A stretch of 55,717 nucleotides of DNA, taken from the NCBI GenBank assembly GCA_016618085.1, contig JABLTG010000136.1:1-55717 (forward strand), written 5' to 3'. This document shows positions 23,991 to 35,825 of the stretch, piece by piece. Made by a program: the position numbers and the translations under genes. The stretch's first letter is position 1; the number at the start of each line of letters is the position of its first letter. Below the pieces are notes generated by a model, which ran no database searches, was not told the DNA's origin, and was given only the letters and a program-made list of their open reading frames with translations. Source of the DNA: Neovahlkampfia damariscottae. Lineage: Eukaryota.

Positions 23991-24605
23991 GACTTTTGAT
24001 TTGATGGTTTTGTTTGTAAAAAAGGTATAAATTTAGAAGTAGTAGATTTGGGCAAAGACAAAATTGATAAAAAAGGAATCTTTTATTTCCAATTTGATGG
24101 ACTTTTTTTAAAATGGAAATTTTTGTTTTTTTTTCCGTGGACTATTCTGGAGAACAAAAGAGCGAACCCAGTAGATCTTCTTAAATAAGTCTCATTGTTT
24201 CTGTTGTCTTACTTTCTTATTTTGAATGAAATCAAATCAATTTAAAATCATCCATCTTAAACAAGCTTTTAGAAGTCTGAACTTCGATTCACCTTTAAAA
24301 TTCATACTCAAAAACTTTTTTTCCAAACACAATTTTGAAGTTTCGAATTTAGAATTATTATCAAAATTTGAAGGATTAATTTCAATTGCAGAAGACATAA
24401 TTAAAATATAAGGAGAAATAACACATAATATTATGGAGTAATCTGATGAAGTATGAAATGTCTGAAAAAAAGTTGAAAACTGTCACTCATCTCATATGCT
24501 GGGCATCTTTTATCTTTTCTAAGTCGATGAAAAAAAAAAGAAAAAAAAAAGTTATGAAATTAATTTATTACAATTGAAATACAAAATAATTTAATGACTG
24601 GATGT

Positions 24606-25083
24606 TTATTGTTGTTGTTCAAAGTTTTGTTGTTGTTGTTGATATTCAGGTTGCGGTTGTTGTGGTTGAGGAATTGCGTCAGTTGCTACCATAACAATTC
24701 TTGAATTTGATTTTTGATAACATTTAATACCCCATACAATAGACCAAATATTTGTTAGGAGTGGAGCGAAAATACCAAGTAATGAAAATGGAATGAGTAA
24801 CCATCCAATACCAAAAGTAAAAAACCCTAACAACATAAAGACTATCATTAGCAAATACACAACCAATTCCGCTGTGACTATTAATATAATGTTTGAAAGC
24901 ATCATTCCAATACCAATCCAAACTGAATTCATTTCTCCTGACATCGCACCAGCAATGATTTGAGTCCATCCAGGCCAGACAATTGAGAGAAGGAGGATAA
25001 TCTAAATTTGTGGTTAATTATTGTTTCAATGTTACAATAGAAGAAGTTGGTTCTAATTTTGGAGCATCAAAGAGGTCTACCAT
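24606..25083 (-). CDS. Small hydrophobic membrane protein (possibly Spec3/stum-like) with a Gln-rich tail
   Basis: IILLLSIVWPGWTQIIAG...GIGWLL...IWSIVWG; one intron. Confidence 0.6.
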
Positions 25084-25502
25084 GTTTTTGTGTTGTGTGA
25101 AGGAAAACTTGGAAAGTAGTTGCAAATCAACCAATCATTCAAACTTAAATAATTTTTTTCACATCCAATCAGAAGATACGTCGAAATAAGATGCCCTATT
25201 TCTTATTATTTTAGTTTTTTATTGTATTTTTTTCTCAACGTCATTCTGAAAAAAATTGGAAGGTTCCAAATTATTAAGGTTAGACTCATACTGGAAGGAG
25301 AACATTTTCTCTTTGTGAATTTTTGAAAAACTAGGAAATTTACCAAGAAAACTACTTTGCTTTTATTGGAGTGAAAACATTTTTGATGAAAGAAATCAAA
25401 ATTAAGTTTGTTCATTTCGAAAATACTGTTCAGTATCTATCAAATCAAGTACAAAAACAAATGAAAGTGAATATTGAAATGAAAATTTATATATTATGTA
25501 TT

Positions 25503-25913
25503 TTATTGTGGTTGTTGGGGAGATGCAGTTGCATCTACCATAGCAGGTGAGTTTCCTTTTTCCCAGCTTTTTGAACGCAATTAATACCCCAAACTATTGA
25601 GTAAAGGTGACCAAGTGTACTTGCAAACAAACTAACGAATGCTGCTGGTATTAATAACCATCCAAGACCGAATGTCACAAATCCTAATAAAAACAAAGCA
25701 AGCACTCCCAAATACACAATAATTTCTCCAAAAACAATGAAAAAAATAATAGTAAATAAGATTGAAAGTCCTACTACTGATGTCTTTTGTCAGAGCTCCA
25801 GTGAGAATTTGAGTCCATCCAGGCCAGATAAATGAACAGATGAGCACAATCTGTTTGTCAGTATTTCAAGTGTTGCTTTCGTATGAAGTTGATTTTTGTA
25901 ATGTTGGTACCAT
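25503..25913 (-). pseudogene. Tandem paralog of 24606-25083 with two apparent frameshifts
   Basis: FIWPGWTQILTG and GLGWLLIP...YSIVWG match the neighbour, but the alignment needs frame changes near 25780 and 25560. Confidence 0.55.
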
Positions 25914-26085
25914 TGTCTATAACAGTATTTTGAATGAATTGATAAATTTGTTGATCTTAAATATACTAGACATCCAATGAGAATCGATTTTCGTTCAACA
26001 GATAAAAAACAAATTGGAAGCTTCCAAACAACAAGAATTGTGAACTTTTTTTTAAGAATTAAGAATAAGGATTTATTCTCAAACT

Positions 26086-28781
26086 TTATATTTCTATCAA
26101 CAAGTCATCATAAAAAGAAGAATTTCTATCATGATGATAACGAATGGCAGGACTAGATGGACAACTTTCACTCTCTGATTCATCCAAGAATGTTGTTTCT
26201 GTAACCAAAGTATCTGAGTTACCCGTGAAATCATTTTCATCAGAATCCAAATCCATTTTATATAACATCATTCCCAAAGCATCTTTTGGAATTCCGTCCT
26301 TCATTTCCAAATATTGTTCTTTCATTTCCACTATACTTGGTTTTGCTGATTCAACTGAGCCAAATAATGAAATAAAAAAAGGATTTCCTCTTTCAATCAT
26401 TGTCTTTTCCCAATTCACTTTTTCTGATGAAGATAAACATATGATTTGTTGGAATTTTGTGCTTCCATCTTTCAAGGTTGTTAATGAAATAATTTGATAT
26501 TCAAAGTATTTGTTGAATGTATCTTTTTCATTCTCCAATTGAATAGGTTTACTAATGAATACCAATTCATTTGGGTAATAAATGAATGTACAAATGTTTT
26601 TCTTTTTCATTGGATTACCCCACATCCAAATCATTTCTGATTCAATTAAACATGCTTCTCTTGATTTTTCAGTTTTATTTACTTGAGAAATGAATTTTGC
26701 TTTTGAAATGTTTGAATCAATTTTGTTCATTTTTGTTAAGGTTAAATATCCATTTGCCACTTGTTGCAAACCAAAAGGTAGAATACATTCAAATTCAAAA
26801 GATGACAAAGAAGCATCTGAAAAGAATGATAATTTTGAAAACCAATTAACCTTTGAAATAGATATCGAAAAATCATTGGCTGAAAATATTGAATCCCAAG
26901 TTGAAGAATTCTTCGTTAATGAAGAAACAAAATTCAAATCTTTTGAATTTACATTAGTTGTTGAAAAATCATCATTTTCATAAGATGACAAAACTCCTAG
27001 AATTGGAGACATTACATCAACATCATGTTGATATTTTGCAAGTATATCTTGAATTTCAGGTAATTTAACAAATCTCTTAAATGAATCTAATTGATGTTCC
27101 ATTTTTTTATCTTGATAAATCTTATGAAAATATTTAAAACTTGGATAGTTTTTTCTTCTCTTTTCTAGTCTTTCTGATAATTCTTGAATCACTTCCTGGC
27201 TAATACATAAATCTTTTGGTGATTTTGGTTCAATATAAGTTGTCATTATTTTCTTTATCATATTATTTTCATCTTCAAATTTTGATTTTTCGTTTAATTT
27301 TTTAAGTGAATTATAATCAACAATAAAATCCCATGAATCCATATTATGTTCTTCATTCAAGAATTTCATATAAACATCATTGATTTCTTTTCTTTTTAAT
27401 GATGAAAAATGAATGATATAATTTGAAATATTGAATACTTTTTTTCTCTTTTCCATTTTTTCTTTATGTAATTTATCTTTTCCATCAATATCTAAATCCC
27501 ACAACATTTTACCAAATGGATCAACAGGTAATCCTTCCCATAATTCGTTTAATTCGTATTTATAATCTAAAATCTTTTTTTTGTCTCCTAATTTTTGTAG
27601 AGCTCCATAAATTTCTGAATAATATTGATTGGCTCTTATTTCTAATCCAAGAGTTGCTGCAGGAATTAAAATATCAAATGTAGTTATATGTTCAAATAAT
27701 GTTGTTTCATCATCAATTCTTGTTATTCTCATTGAAGAAAAATCGAAATAAGGAATTGCTTTGACTTTTCGTTCTTTTCCATCTTTTTCTTTCATCATTA
27801 CTGTTTGAGATTTTGTAAATGTTGAATTTGGAAATCTTGAACATTTCATTCTTAAAACAACTTGTTGTATTTCAGGGTCGTAATAAAATTTTGAAACAAA
27901 TCTCGCCACACGTTTTTGAAATATAATTGGAATTTTAGCAATTACTTGTCCAACGAAATAATCTCCATATTTGTAATCCAAAATAAAATATTCACTAAAG
28001 AATTTTTTATGAAAACCTTTGAAAAAAGCTAAAACTGTTTCTTGAAATCCTCCTTTGATTTTTAGTTCATGTTTTACATTTGCAGTTGTTTTTGTCAAGA
28101 ATTTTAAATTCGGAAAATAATTCCAATGTGATCTATAAGAAGTAATTTTTTTCTTCTTATTGTTGTAAACAATTGACCAATTAGGATTATCTTTCTCATA
28201 TTCCACCATAAATTTTACGTCGTTTTCTGTAATTTCCAGTGAATCAAAATCTTCCTCTGAATAACTATAAATCAAAGAAACTCTTGGTAAAAGTACATTT
28301 CTGTTATTTTGATGTTTCTCTAGCAGTTTCAAACAATTTTCCGTTCTGATAAATCTTTTGAAGGCATCATTTTTATACTCCACCAAAATGGTTTTGCGAA
28401 AAGGTTCTAGTAATTCTAAAGGTGATTCATCAAGATTCCATTCATTTCTTTTTAATTTCTTTACAACTTTTAAAACGTTTTTTTTTTCTTCTGGACAAAT
28501 GAATAGTTCTTTTGATGATTTTGGTTGAAGGAAATTTGAAACAAGGAATAAAAAGTGTTTGTTGACTTTTTTTTGATTTTTTTTTTTTGTGAATGATTCC
28601 AATGTTTGTAAGCCTAAAATGAACTCCCAATTGTCAGAGTTGTATCTTTTCAAGTTTTAAAAAAAGAATGGAAAAATTACTCTGCTTTGAGGAATTGAAA
28701 AAAGGAATGAGAAATCTCCGAGACTGTTAAGACACTTTCAAATTGTATTACATAATCACCAATGTCAAATTTGATGGACAT
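26086..28781 (-). CDS. Protein with two RGS domains, each followed by a START-like domain (1 intron at ~28646-28680)
   Basis: RGS1: FFQFLKAE|YNSDNWEF...PKSSKELFI...DAFKRF. RGS2: KFLNEEHNMDSWDF...PKSPKDLCIS...DSFKRF. Each is followed by a ~200 aa alpha/beta segment starting W..(I/V) with an ITRID..TLF-type hairpin. Confidence 0.7.
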
Positions 28782-28964
28782 TTATTTCTATCGTGAGTCG
28801 GCTCTAAATAATGTTTTTTTTCCGATAAATTGGACCAATAAAAACTCTCAACATTTCTTTTTGGGTATGATAATTACCAACGTTTTGAATCAATTTTTTC
28901 AAAAAATTAATTATACTTCGATAAAGCAGCCAATAAAATCTAGCCATCATTTTTTTTCACGAGT

Positions 28965-30991
28965 ATGGGAAATACCAAAGGAAGTGAACTACTCAGTGAA
29001 GATATCACTGATATTGAAGTCTTCAATAAACCAAAAGAAAAAATATATTATGTTCACCATATCAAAGACGAAAAAGCTTGGAAACAAATATCCTCACAAC
29101 CAAAATCTGATTCAAACACTTTTTCAGACACATACGTTGCAAAAGTCGTATGGGATATCAGAAAAGAAGAAATAAAAATGTACCTCGTTAACACCAACCT
29201 CATTGAATTTCATTATGACTTTGTCAAGAAATGTCTTCCAAAGAATTCATTAAACAGAATTTCTTCACTTTTAGAACTTGATTTATATGATTTTAATGAA
29301 CACAACTATTGGGAGAATGAACAAAGAAAATTTGTTTTGGGTTCACTTATTCACTATAAAGACATTGATAAATTTTGTTTAGAGTTGAATGCTGAAGATA
29401 ACATTGATTCTGAAAAGTTGCTGAATCTATTTTCTCAGCTTTATGATTCTGTTTATTTTTCAAAAGAACTATATTATAAACCATGCTCAAATTTAACAGA
29501 ATCCATTGCTAAACTAGTCAATGATGAAAAATTTAAAACTTTATCAATTCAGGAAATATTTAAAGGAATTACATATCAATGTTATAACAAAGCATCTTGT
29601 TATGGATATGTGAAGATTTTAACAAAAGAGAATTTTGATCCTTCAACAATTCATAGCTCAGATATTGTTGTTACAGATTTTGTTCCAAACGATATTCCTT
29701 ATTGTTCTGGTTTAATTACAACAATATTTCAAGCTCCTCTTTGTCATGTTTCTATTTTATCACAAAATAGAGGCTCGTTGAATGTTTATTCAAAAACAGC
29801 TTTTGATGATTTGAAAAAGTATTTTGAAAAAAATATTTTTGTTAAAATTACAGCAACATCAAATGGATTAAAAATTGAAGATTTTTCAAATGAAAAAAAC
29901 AAAGAAAAACTTTTAAATCAACAAAAAAATGCGAAGATTCCAAAAATTATCCTTCCAGAAGTTTCCACCAAGACTAACAAATATATTCTTTCAATTGAAG
30001 ACTGGAAGGTGGAATGGGCAGGAATGAAAGCACATCACTTACAAGTATTTTCAAAGGATTTAAAACTTCTGAAAAATGGGCATCTTTTATCTGAAGGTGT
30101 GGTTATTCCGTTTAAATTATATATTGAACATTTAACCCAATTGAAATTAGATTATAAAACAATCCAAAAGAAAGATTTAGAAAAAATTCAGCAAGAAATC
30201 ATGAATAAACCTATTGAAGAAGGTATTATGAAAGAGATAATTCAAGGTTTTATTGACTTGGGACTCAATAATACTCCACTCATTATGGTTTGAATTTGAA
30301 TATTTTTTTCACATTCTTTTTAAAAGAGATCAAGTACAAATGCAGAGGATATGATCGGATTCAATGGTAATACGAAATTATCCTTAATTTTTTTTAGGTG
30401 CTGGTCTTTATTTATCAAAACCTGTTTTCAAAATTGATGAAATTGAAAATGTCTTGAAAGAGATTTTTGCATCAGTTTTCTCATATAAAGCATTTGAAGA
30501 ACGAGAATTTTATAGAATTGATCATTCAAAAGTGGCCATGGCTGTTTTAGTTCAACCGTTTTTAAGCGATACTGTGTTATCCAAAGGTGTCGCAATGACT
30601 TATTCCCCAATCAGAACGTAAGACAAACTTTGACTCATTTTTGATTAGAGATTTTGGTTCATTCATGATAAATGCACAACCGAATGGTGTTGAAGTCACA
30701 GATAGTGGTGGTGGTATCCCTGAACAAATTGTTTGTTATTTGAATTGTGACAATATCGTTCAAGAAGTTATTTCAAGATCAGATCTTACGAAAGACAATG
30801 AACCTGTTCTTTCAATAAAAGATGTGCAAACACTTTTTAAAATATTAAGAAAAATTGATCGTTCTGAAGAGAGTTCGAACTGGAAAAAATATGGATGTTG
30901 TGCTGATGTGGAGTTCATAGTATCATCAAAAAATGATGAAGAAATAATTGTTTACATTGTTCAAATTAGACCATTTACTGTTAGATTATAA
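28965..30991 (+). CDS. PEP/pyruvate-binding (ATP-grasp) dikinase-like protein with an upstream phosphohistidine domain (introns 30288-30326, 30367-30397, 30618-30648)
   Basis: GLITT..APLCHVSILSQNRG (His swivel domain), AGMKA, spliced MRSSTNAEDMIGFNGAGLYLS, MAVLVQP, DVEF and IVQIRP. Confidence 0.85.
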
Positions 30992-31044
30992 ATCTTTTGT
31001 TTTGTTGGACGAAAATGTGGATGTATTCAAAATAATTTAATGTT

Positions 31045-31682
31045 TTATTGTAAAGCAAAAGTATAAAGTTTAGCGTCAACTGAAACACCTTTTGATGATT
31101 CTTCTTCTAATATTTTCAATAAATCTGATTTGTCCACAATTATTGCTTGAACATGTTCTCCTTCATCCAGTTCTGGTTTTGGATTCTTATTCAATTCAGC
31201 ATCAACTTCAATATAACAAACTTTCATTCTTGAAGAAGTAAGACCTGGTTCATAAGCTAAAACTGGTGAAGTTTTCACACATTTTCCAATGTATCCACTT
31301 TTAAACTTTAGTTGTGATATTTTCAAACGTTTCTTCTTTTAGTTCTCTGAGTGCTGCTTCTTCAGCTGTTTCTCCTTCATCTACTAAACCAGCTGGAAAT
31401 TCAATAGAATAACATTGTAAAGGAGGTCTGTACTGTTTTGCCAAAATTAATTTTTTTGAACCATCTTTATAATTTATAGTAGCAATAATTTCAACTGCAT
31501 CAATTTCTCCTTTTGTTGTTGTACGATCACAACAATCCCAAAACTAGTAGCGGAAAAGTTTTTTTAAGTGATTTTATTTTATTTACTCTATCAACACCTT
31601 CTTCATCTTTGTATTTTATGGAAGAAAGTTGAATGAATTTTGCTTTTGTTTTAACTTCTTTGGAGACGTGAGAAGCAGACAT
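31045..31682 (-). CDS. NUDT5: ADP-sugar pyrophosphatase, Nudix hydrolase (2 introns)
   Basis: WDCCDRTT, DAVEIIA, KQYRPPL, IEFPAGLVDEGETAEEAALRELKEETGY, PELDEGE and VDAKLY. Confidence 0.88.
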
Positions 31683-31834
31683 TGTTATTGGGTAAATGCC
31701 TCCAAGTCAGATCATTGGTCTAAAATTAGAAGTTTTACGATTTTTTATTTCATTTTTAAATAATATAAATAAAACTGTCGAATATTTCATCCAATCATTT
31801 CGGTTCAAAAAAATCAACACAAAATAAAAAGAGG

Positions 31835-32455
31835 ATGAGCTCTAATTACTTTAAAATGAACACAGGAAGTTCAAAATCCTCTGAAATATCATTTTCATCA
31901 AGTGGTGGATTTCTTGGTTGTTTTTGTTCATGCATGACATTTTGTTGCATTTGTCTTTGTTGCTTGGCTTGTTTGATCGGTGGAATCGTCACCTTCATTT
32001 TAGTAGCTCTTTATGTTGATCAAACATTCGTTTTAGGAAGTTCCATAGTCATAAATAGACAAGCTTTTGAAGTAGCTGCTTTTAATGTAACAACATCACC
32101 AGATAAATTTTATATAGTGACAAAACTAGCGTATGGAATGAAAAATACAGCTAGTAGAGAAATGATAATAACTCAAGCTCAAATCAATGTTTATTATAAA
32201 GAAACGAAAGTAGGAAGTGCAAATCCTCACTCAAGAAGACATTTACCAGCAGGTTCTGAATTAAAACCAAATTTAGAAATTGATTTAGAAATTGAAAATA
32301 CTGAATTACCAATTCATGTTATGAATGACATGAGACAAGAGCTACAAATAACAAAAAATTTGAAATTGACTTTTCAAGGATCCATTGGAGTGATTTATCA
32401 CTATGGTGGTAATATTCCAATATTAACATTTGAAGAATCAATTCAACCAAAATAA
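31835..32455 (+). CDS. Type II membrane protein with LEA_2/WHy-like domain and Cys-rich juxtamembrane segment
   Basis: Cys cluster and TM helix followed by a beta-rich domain (MKN...INVYYKETKVGSA...LTFQGSI). Confidence 0.55.
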   Translation: MSSNYFKMNTGSSKSSEISFSSSGGFLGCFCSCMTFCCICLCCLACLIGGIVTFILVALYVDQTFVLGSSIVINRQAFEVAAFNVTTSPDKFYIVTKLAYGMKNTASREMIITQAQINVYYKETKVGSANPHSRRHLPAGSELKPNLEIDLEIENTELPIHVMNDMRQELQITKNLKLTFQGSIGVIYHYGGNIPILTFEESIQPK

Positions 32456-32508
32456 AATAATTTATTATAAAGACTCTAATTGATTGGTTAAACCAATTTT
32501 TCCATTCA

Positions 32509-33169
32509 ATGACAACTGGTGTCAAAAGAAAAGATTCAAAATTAGCCAAATATGTTTCAGTTGAATCATTAGAAAATAATTATAATATAATTTCTTCAAA
32601 ATTTGTGTAAAGACTTTTTTTTTTTTTAACAAAATAGTTTGACTTGGTTTGGAGGAAGTGTTTGCATATTTTTTGGTTGTCTTTTATTTATTGGTGCTTT
32701 AATAGTAGGTTTAGTAACACTTAGTCTATTATTTTATCAACTTAACATTTTGGATCGATATTTATCTTTACAACAAGATGGTATTAAAATTGAAAAATTT
32801 AACATTACCGAAATGCCTCGGAATTTTAAATTTACTTCATCTTTTAATTATACAGTTCAAAATAAATTTGAAAAGGAAATTTATATTAGACATGGATATA
32901 TAGATGTCTATTACAAAAATTATTTAATTTCAAACACAAAAACGACAAAAGAATATCATTTGCTACATGGATTTCAACATGCTAATTTTACTTTTAATAT
33001 TGATATCTCAAAAAATAACATTGAGAATTCAGTGATGAAACCAATGTTAAAAGAGTTAAATTCAACAGGAAAAGTTGAGTTGACATTTTATGGAAGTGTT
33101 TCAATATTTTTTGTTTATACAGGTTCAAAGTATATTAAACCTTTTACATTTCTCACACCTTTGAAATAA
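32509..33169 (+). CDS. Tandem paralog, LEA_2/WHy-like membrane protein (1 intron)
   Basis: Shares F.NIT, V.N, I.VYYK and LTF.GS motifs with the upstream gene. Confidence 0.55.
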
Positions 33170-33224
33170 ATATTTTGTAGATAGAATAAAAAAATTTTGT
33201 TTGGAAAAATGATTTGTAAAATTT

Positions 33225-33984
33225 TTATCTATAAGATTTTTGGAATCTAGCTCTAGCTCCTTTACCACCGAATTTCTTAGGTTCTCTTCTTCTTGGATCA
33301 GCAACTAATGTAGTACGGTCGAATGCTAAAAGTGATGCTTTTAATTCATTTTTGGATGCTTCATCAACGTCTATAAAAAAAGTTAAAAATCTATTCTTTT
33401 AAAAAAAAAAAAAAGAGACAAAGTAACTCTTTTAAAAGCAGAACAAGTCTGAAAGTATCTGTTTTATGTTTTCTTTGATGAATCAGTTTACCATGTTCTC
33501 TTGTAGTTGTGAACAAGATCTCAAACTTTAATCTTTTTGGTTTGTTCATCATGTCATCTCTTAAAACTAAAACAGAAATTTTCAAACTTTTCCTCTTTAA
33601 AAAAAAAACTTTTCTCTTCTTTTTTTTTTTTTGAAACTTACATTTTTGATAATATGCAACAACTGATTTTCCCATAGCTTGACGAATAGCATAGAGTTGT
33701 GATACTCTACCACCACCTCTAACTTTAATTCTGATATCTAATCCGTCAAATTTATCACGTCCAAGAATAAGGATTGGTTCAAAGACTTTGTATCTCAAAA
33801 TTTCTGGTTGAAGTAATTCGATTGGAACTCCGTTGACTTTAATTAAACCTTTTCCTTCAGTACATTGTGCAACTGCAAGAGCATGTCTCTAAAGAAATTT
33901 TTTATGTTAAAAAATGGATGGTCAAAGTATTACTTTTTTTCCAAATACTTGAACTCTTTTTGTTTCTACTTTCTTGTCGCTCAT
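33225..33984 (-). CDS. RPS16: 40S ribosomal protein S16 (uS9); introns 33889-33933 and 33371-33641
   Basis: [85 protein letters not shown]. Confidence 0.97.
33477..33558 (-). ncRNA. Intronic box C/D snoRNA
   Basis: Minus strand reads GATGA-C-ATGATGA (box C, 33552-33546) ... CTGA (box D, 33486-33483)-T-TCATC. This gives a 5-bp terminal stem with canonical K-turn spacing; 82 nt, inside the only long intron of a ribosomal protein gene. Confidence 0.85.
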
Positions 33985-34141
33985 CTTGAATTTGGTGGTG
34001 TTTATTCTGTGGTTGATTCTGATTGGCAGCAAAAAAAAATCTGAAATTGACCAATTAAAAAATAAATTTTTAGCAAATTTTTTTTTCTTTTTTTTTATTT
34101 CAGTTTTTTCAAAAATTTAAATTTTTAATTTAAAACAAAAT

Positions 34142-35687
34142 TTATTTTTTTTTGAAAATATTCAATACATTTTTTCTTATTGAATTCACTGCGTTTGTGA
34201 TATCTTCAGCGGAGTGATCAATTGAAACTGTAAATCTTAAACTTGGTTCTGATATAAAATCTTCTGCATCTGAGAATTTTGCTCTTACAATACCAATTCC
34301 ATCAATTTCAAAACAATTCTTAACAATTTTATCAAAAACTTCTTCTTTTTCTTTTTTCTTTAAATCAACGACTTGTTTATTAAATTCAATGTGAAATATT
34401 GGAACATTTGGATTTGAATTAAAATTAAGTTCTTTAAAATCTTTTGAAAAATTTTGAAATTGTTCAATCATTAATTTAATGTTAGTTTTTAATTTTGTAA
34501 AGTATTCTTTTGAATTTTCTTGTAAAATTTTTAATGCTTCTGAAGCACCCACTGAAAGATAAGGTGGAGAAGAAGCTGAAAAACAATAACCTTTACCAGA
34601 TAAACGTTGATGCTCAACAATAAAATCTTCTGTTGAAGTACAAAAACCACCAATTGAACCAAACGCATATTCTAATGATCCAACATAAAAATCAATTTCA
34701 CTAATATCAATTCCAAAATGTTCATGAATTCCTTTTCCATTTTTACCTAAAATTCCAAATCCTAAAGAATCATCTAATAATAATCTGAATTTATATTTGT
34801 TTTTTAATTCGACAATTTTATCCAATGGACACATTTTTCCAGTTTTTTGATAAATTCCTTCGACCACTAAAATTCTTTTTTGTGTTATTTTTTTTTTCTT
34901 GTCTTTTTCAGTAATTGATATTAATAACTCTTCAAGATGTTTCATATCATTATGTTTGAAATGATTATATTTACATTTTGTAATGTTCATTCCTGTTTGA
35001 ATTGAAAAGTTTGACTTTAAGAAAATTAATTTTTTTTTTTTTTTTTACTTCTTCATCTGAAATAACTAAATCATCTTTTTTTATAAAAGCTAAAATAACA
35101 GAAGGTGAAACAGTATAACCTAAACTATAAACGATTGTATCCCTTGTTCCTAAGAAATTTGAAAGTTCCTTTTCCAAGTTCAAATGAACATCAATAGTAC
35201 CATAAAATCCTCTTGGACCACATGAACCAACCTTTTCTTTTAAAATTTTTTTTTAAAAATATTACTCCATATTTATTGATAGTTTTTTCACAAACATCAA
35301 TAATTCTTTCATTTCTTGTAAAACCAAAAAAGTTATTTGTTGCAAAATCCTTTGCTTCAAATTCACCTGTTTTTAAAATATTCTTTTCTTGGGATATTTC
35401 CATTGTCATTTCTTCAAAAGTTTCTTCAAATTGTTTTTCTAATGGTTCTGGTTGCCATTCTTCAATCAATTCTTCTTCTTCCTTTAAAACATGTTATTTT
35501 ATTAATTTTTTACTTTTTTTGTTAATTTTTCTTTCTTTTCGACTCTATAACTTTTTTGAAATAAAATATACAAAGCGAAACTTATCAACAAAGTGTCCAA
35601 AATAGTTCTAAGAGGATTTTTTTGAAATTCTATGGAATACAAATTTAAAATCCAAAAGAAACCTTGAACAAAAACTTCGTAAATCAT
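34142..35687 (-). CDS. LCB1: Serine palmitoyltransferase subunit 1 (3 introns)
   Basis: IEEWQPEPL, KYG|VGSCGPRGFYGTIDVH, FKHNDM, VVEGIY, HQRLSG.GYCFSAS.PP; lacks the PLP lysine (GSLEYA), as expected for LCB1. Confidence 0.92.
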
Positions 35688-35825
35688 TTGGAATGTTTTG
35701 TAAAATTAACCGAAAATGAAGAAAAATTATTGGTTGAAAAAAAATAAGCACAGAAAAAAAAAATTTATCCGAAATTTTAAAAACATTTCGAGGTTATAAT
35801 AAAATTTATTTCAATTATTTTTTTT

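Noticed and set aside
24440..24470. TGATGA...CTGA resembling C/D boxes
   Set aside because: The boxes are only about 12 nt apart with no terminal stem, too short for a snoRNA.
33391..33641. Alternative C-terminus of RPS16 in the ORF track
   Set aside because: It is read-through into the snoRNA-containing intron; the conserved C-terminus resumes at 33370.
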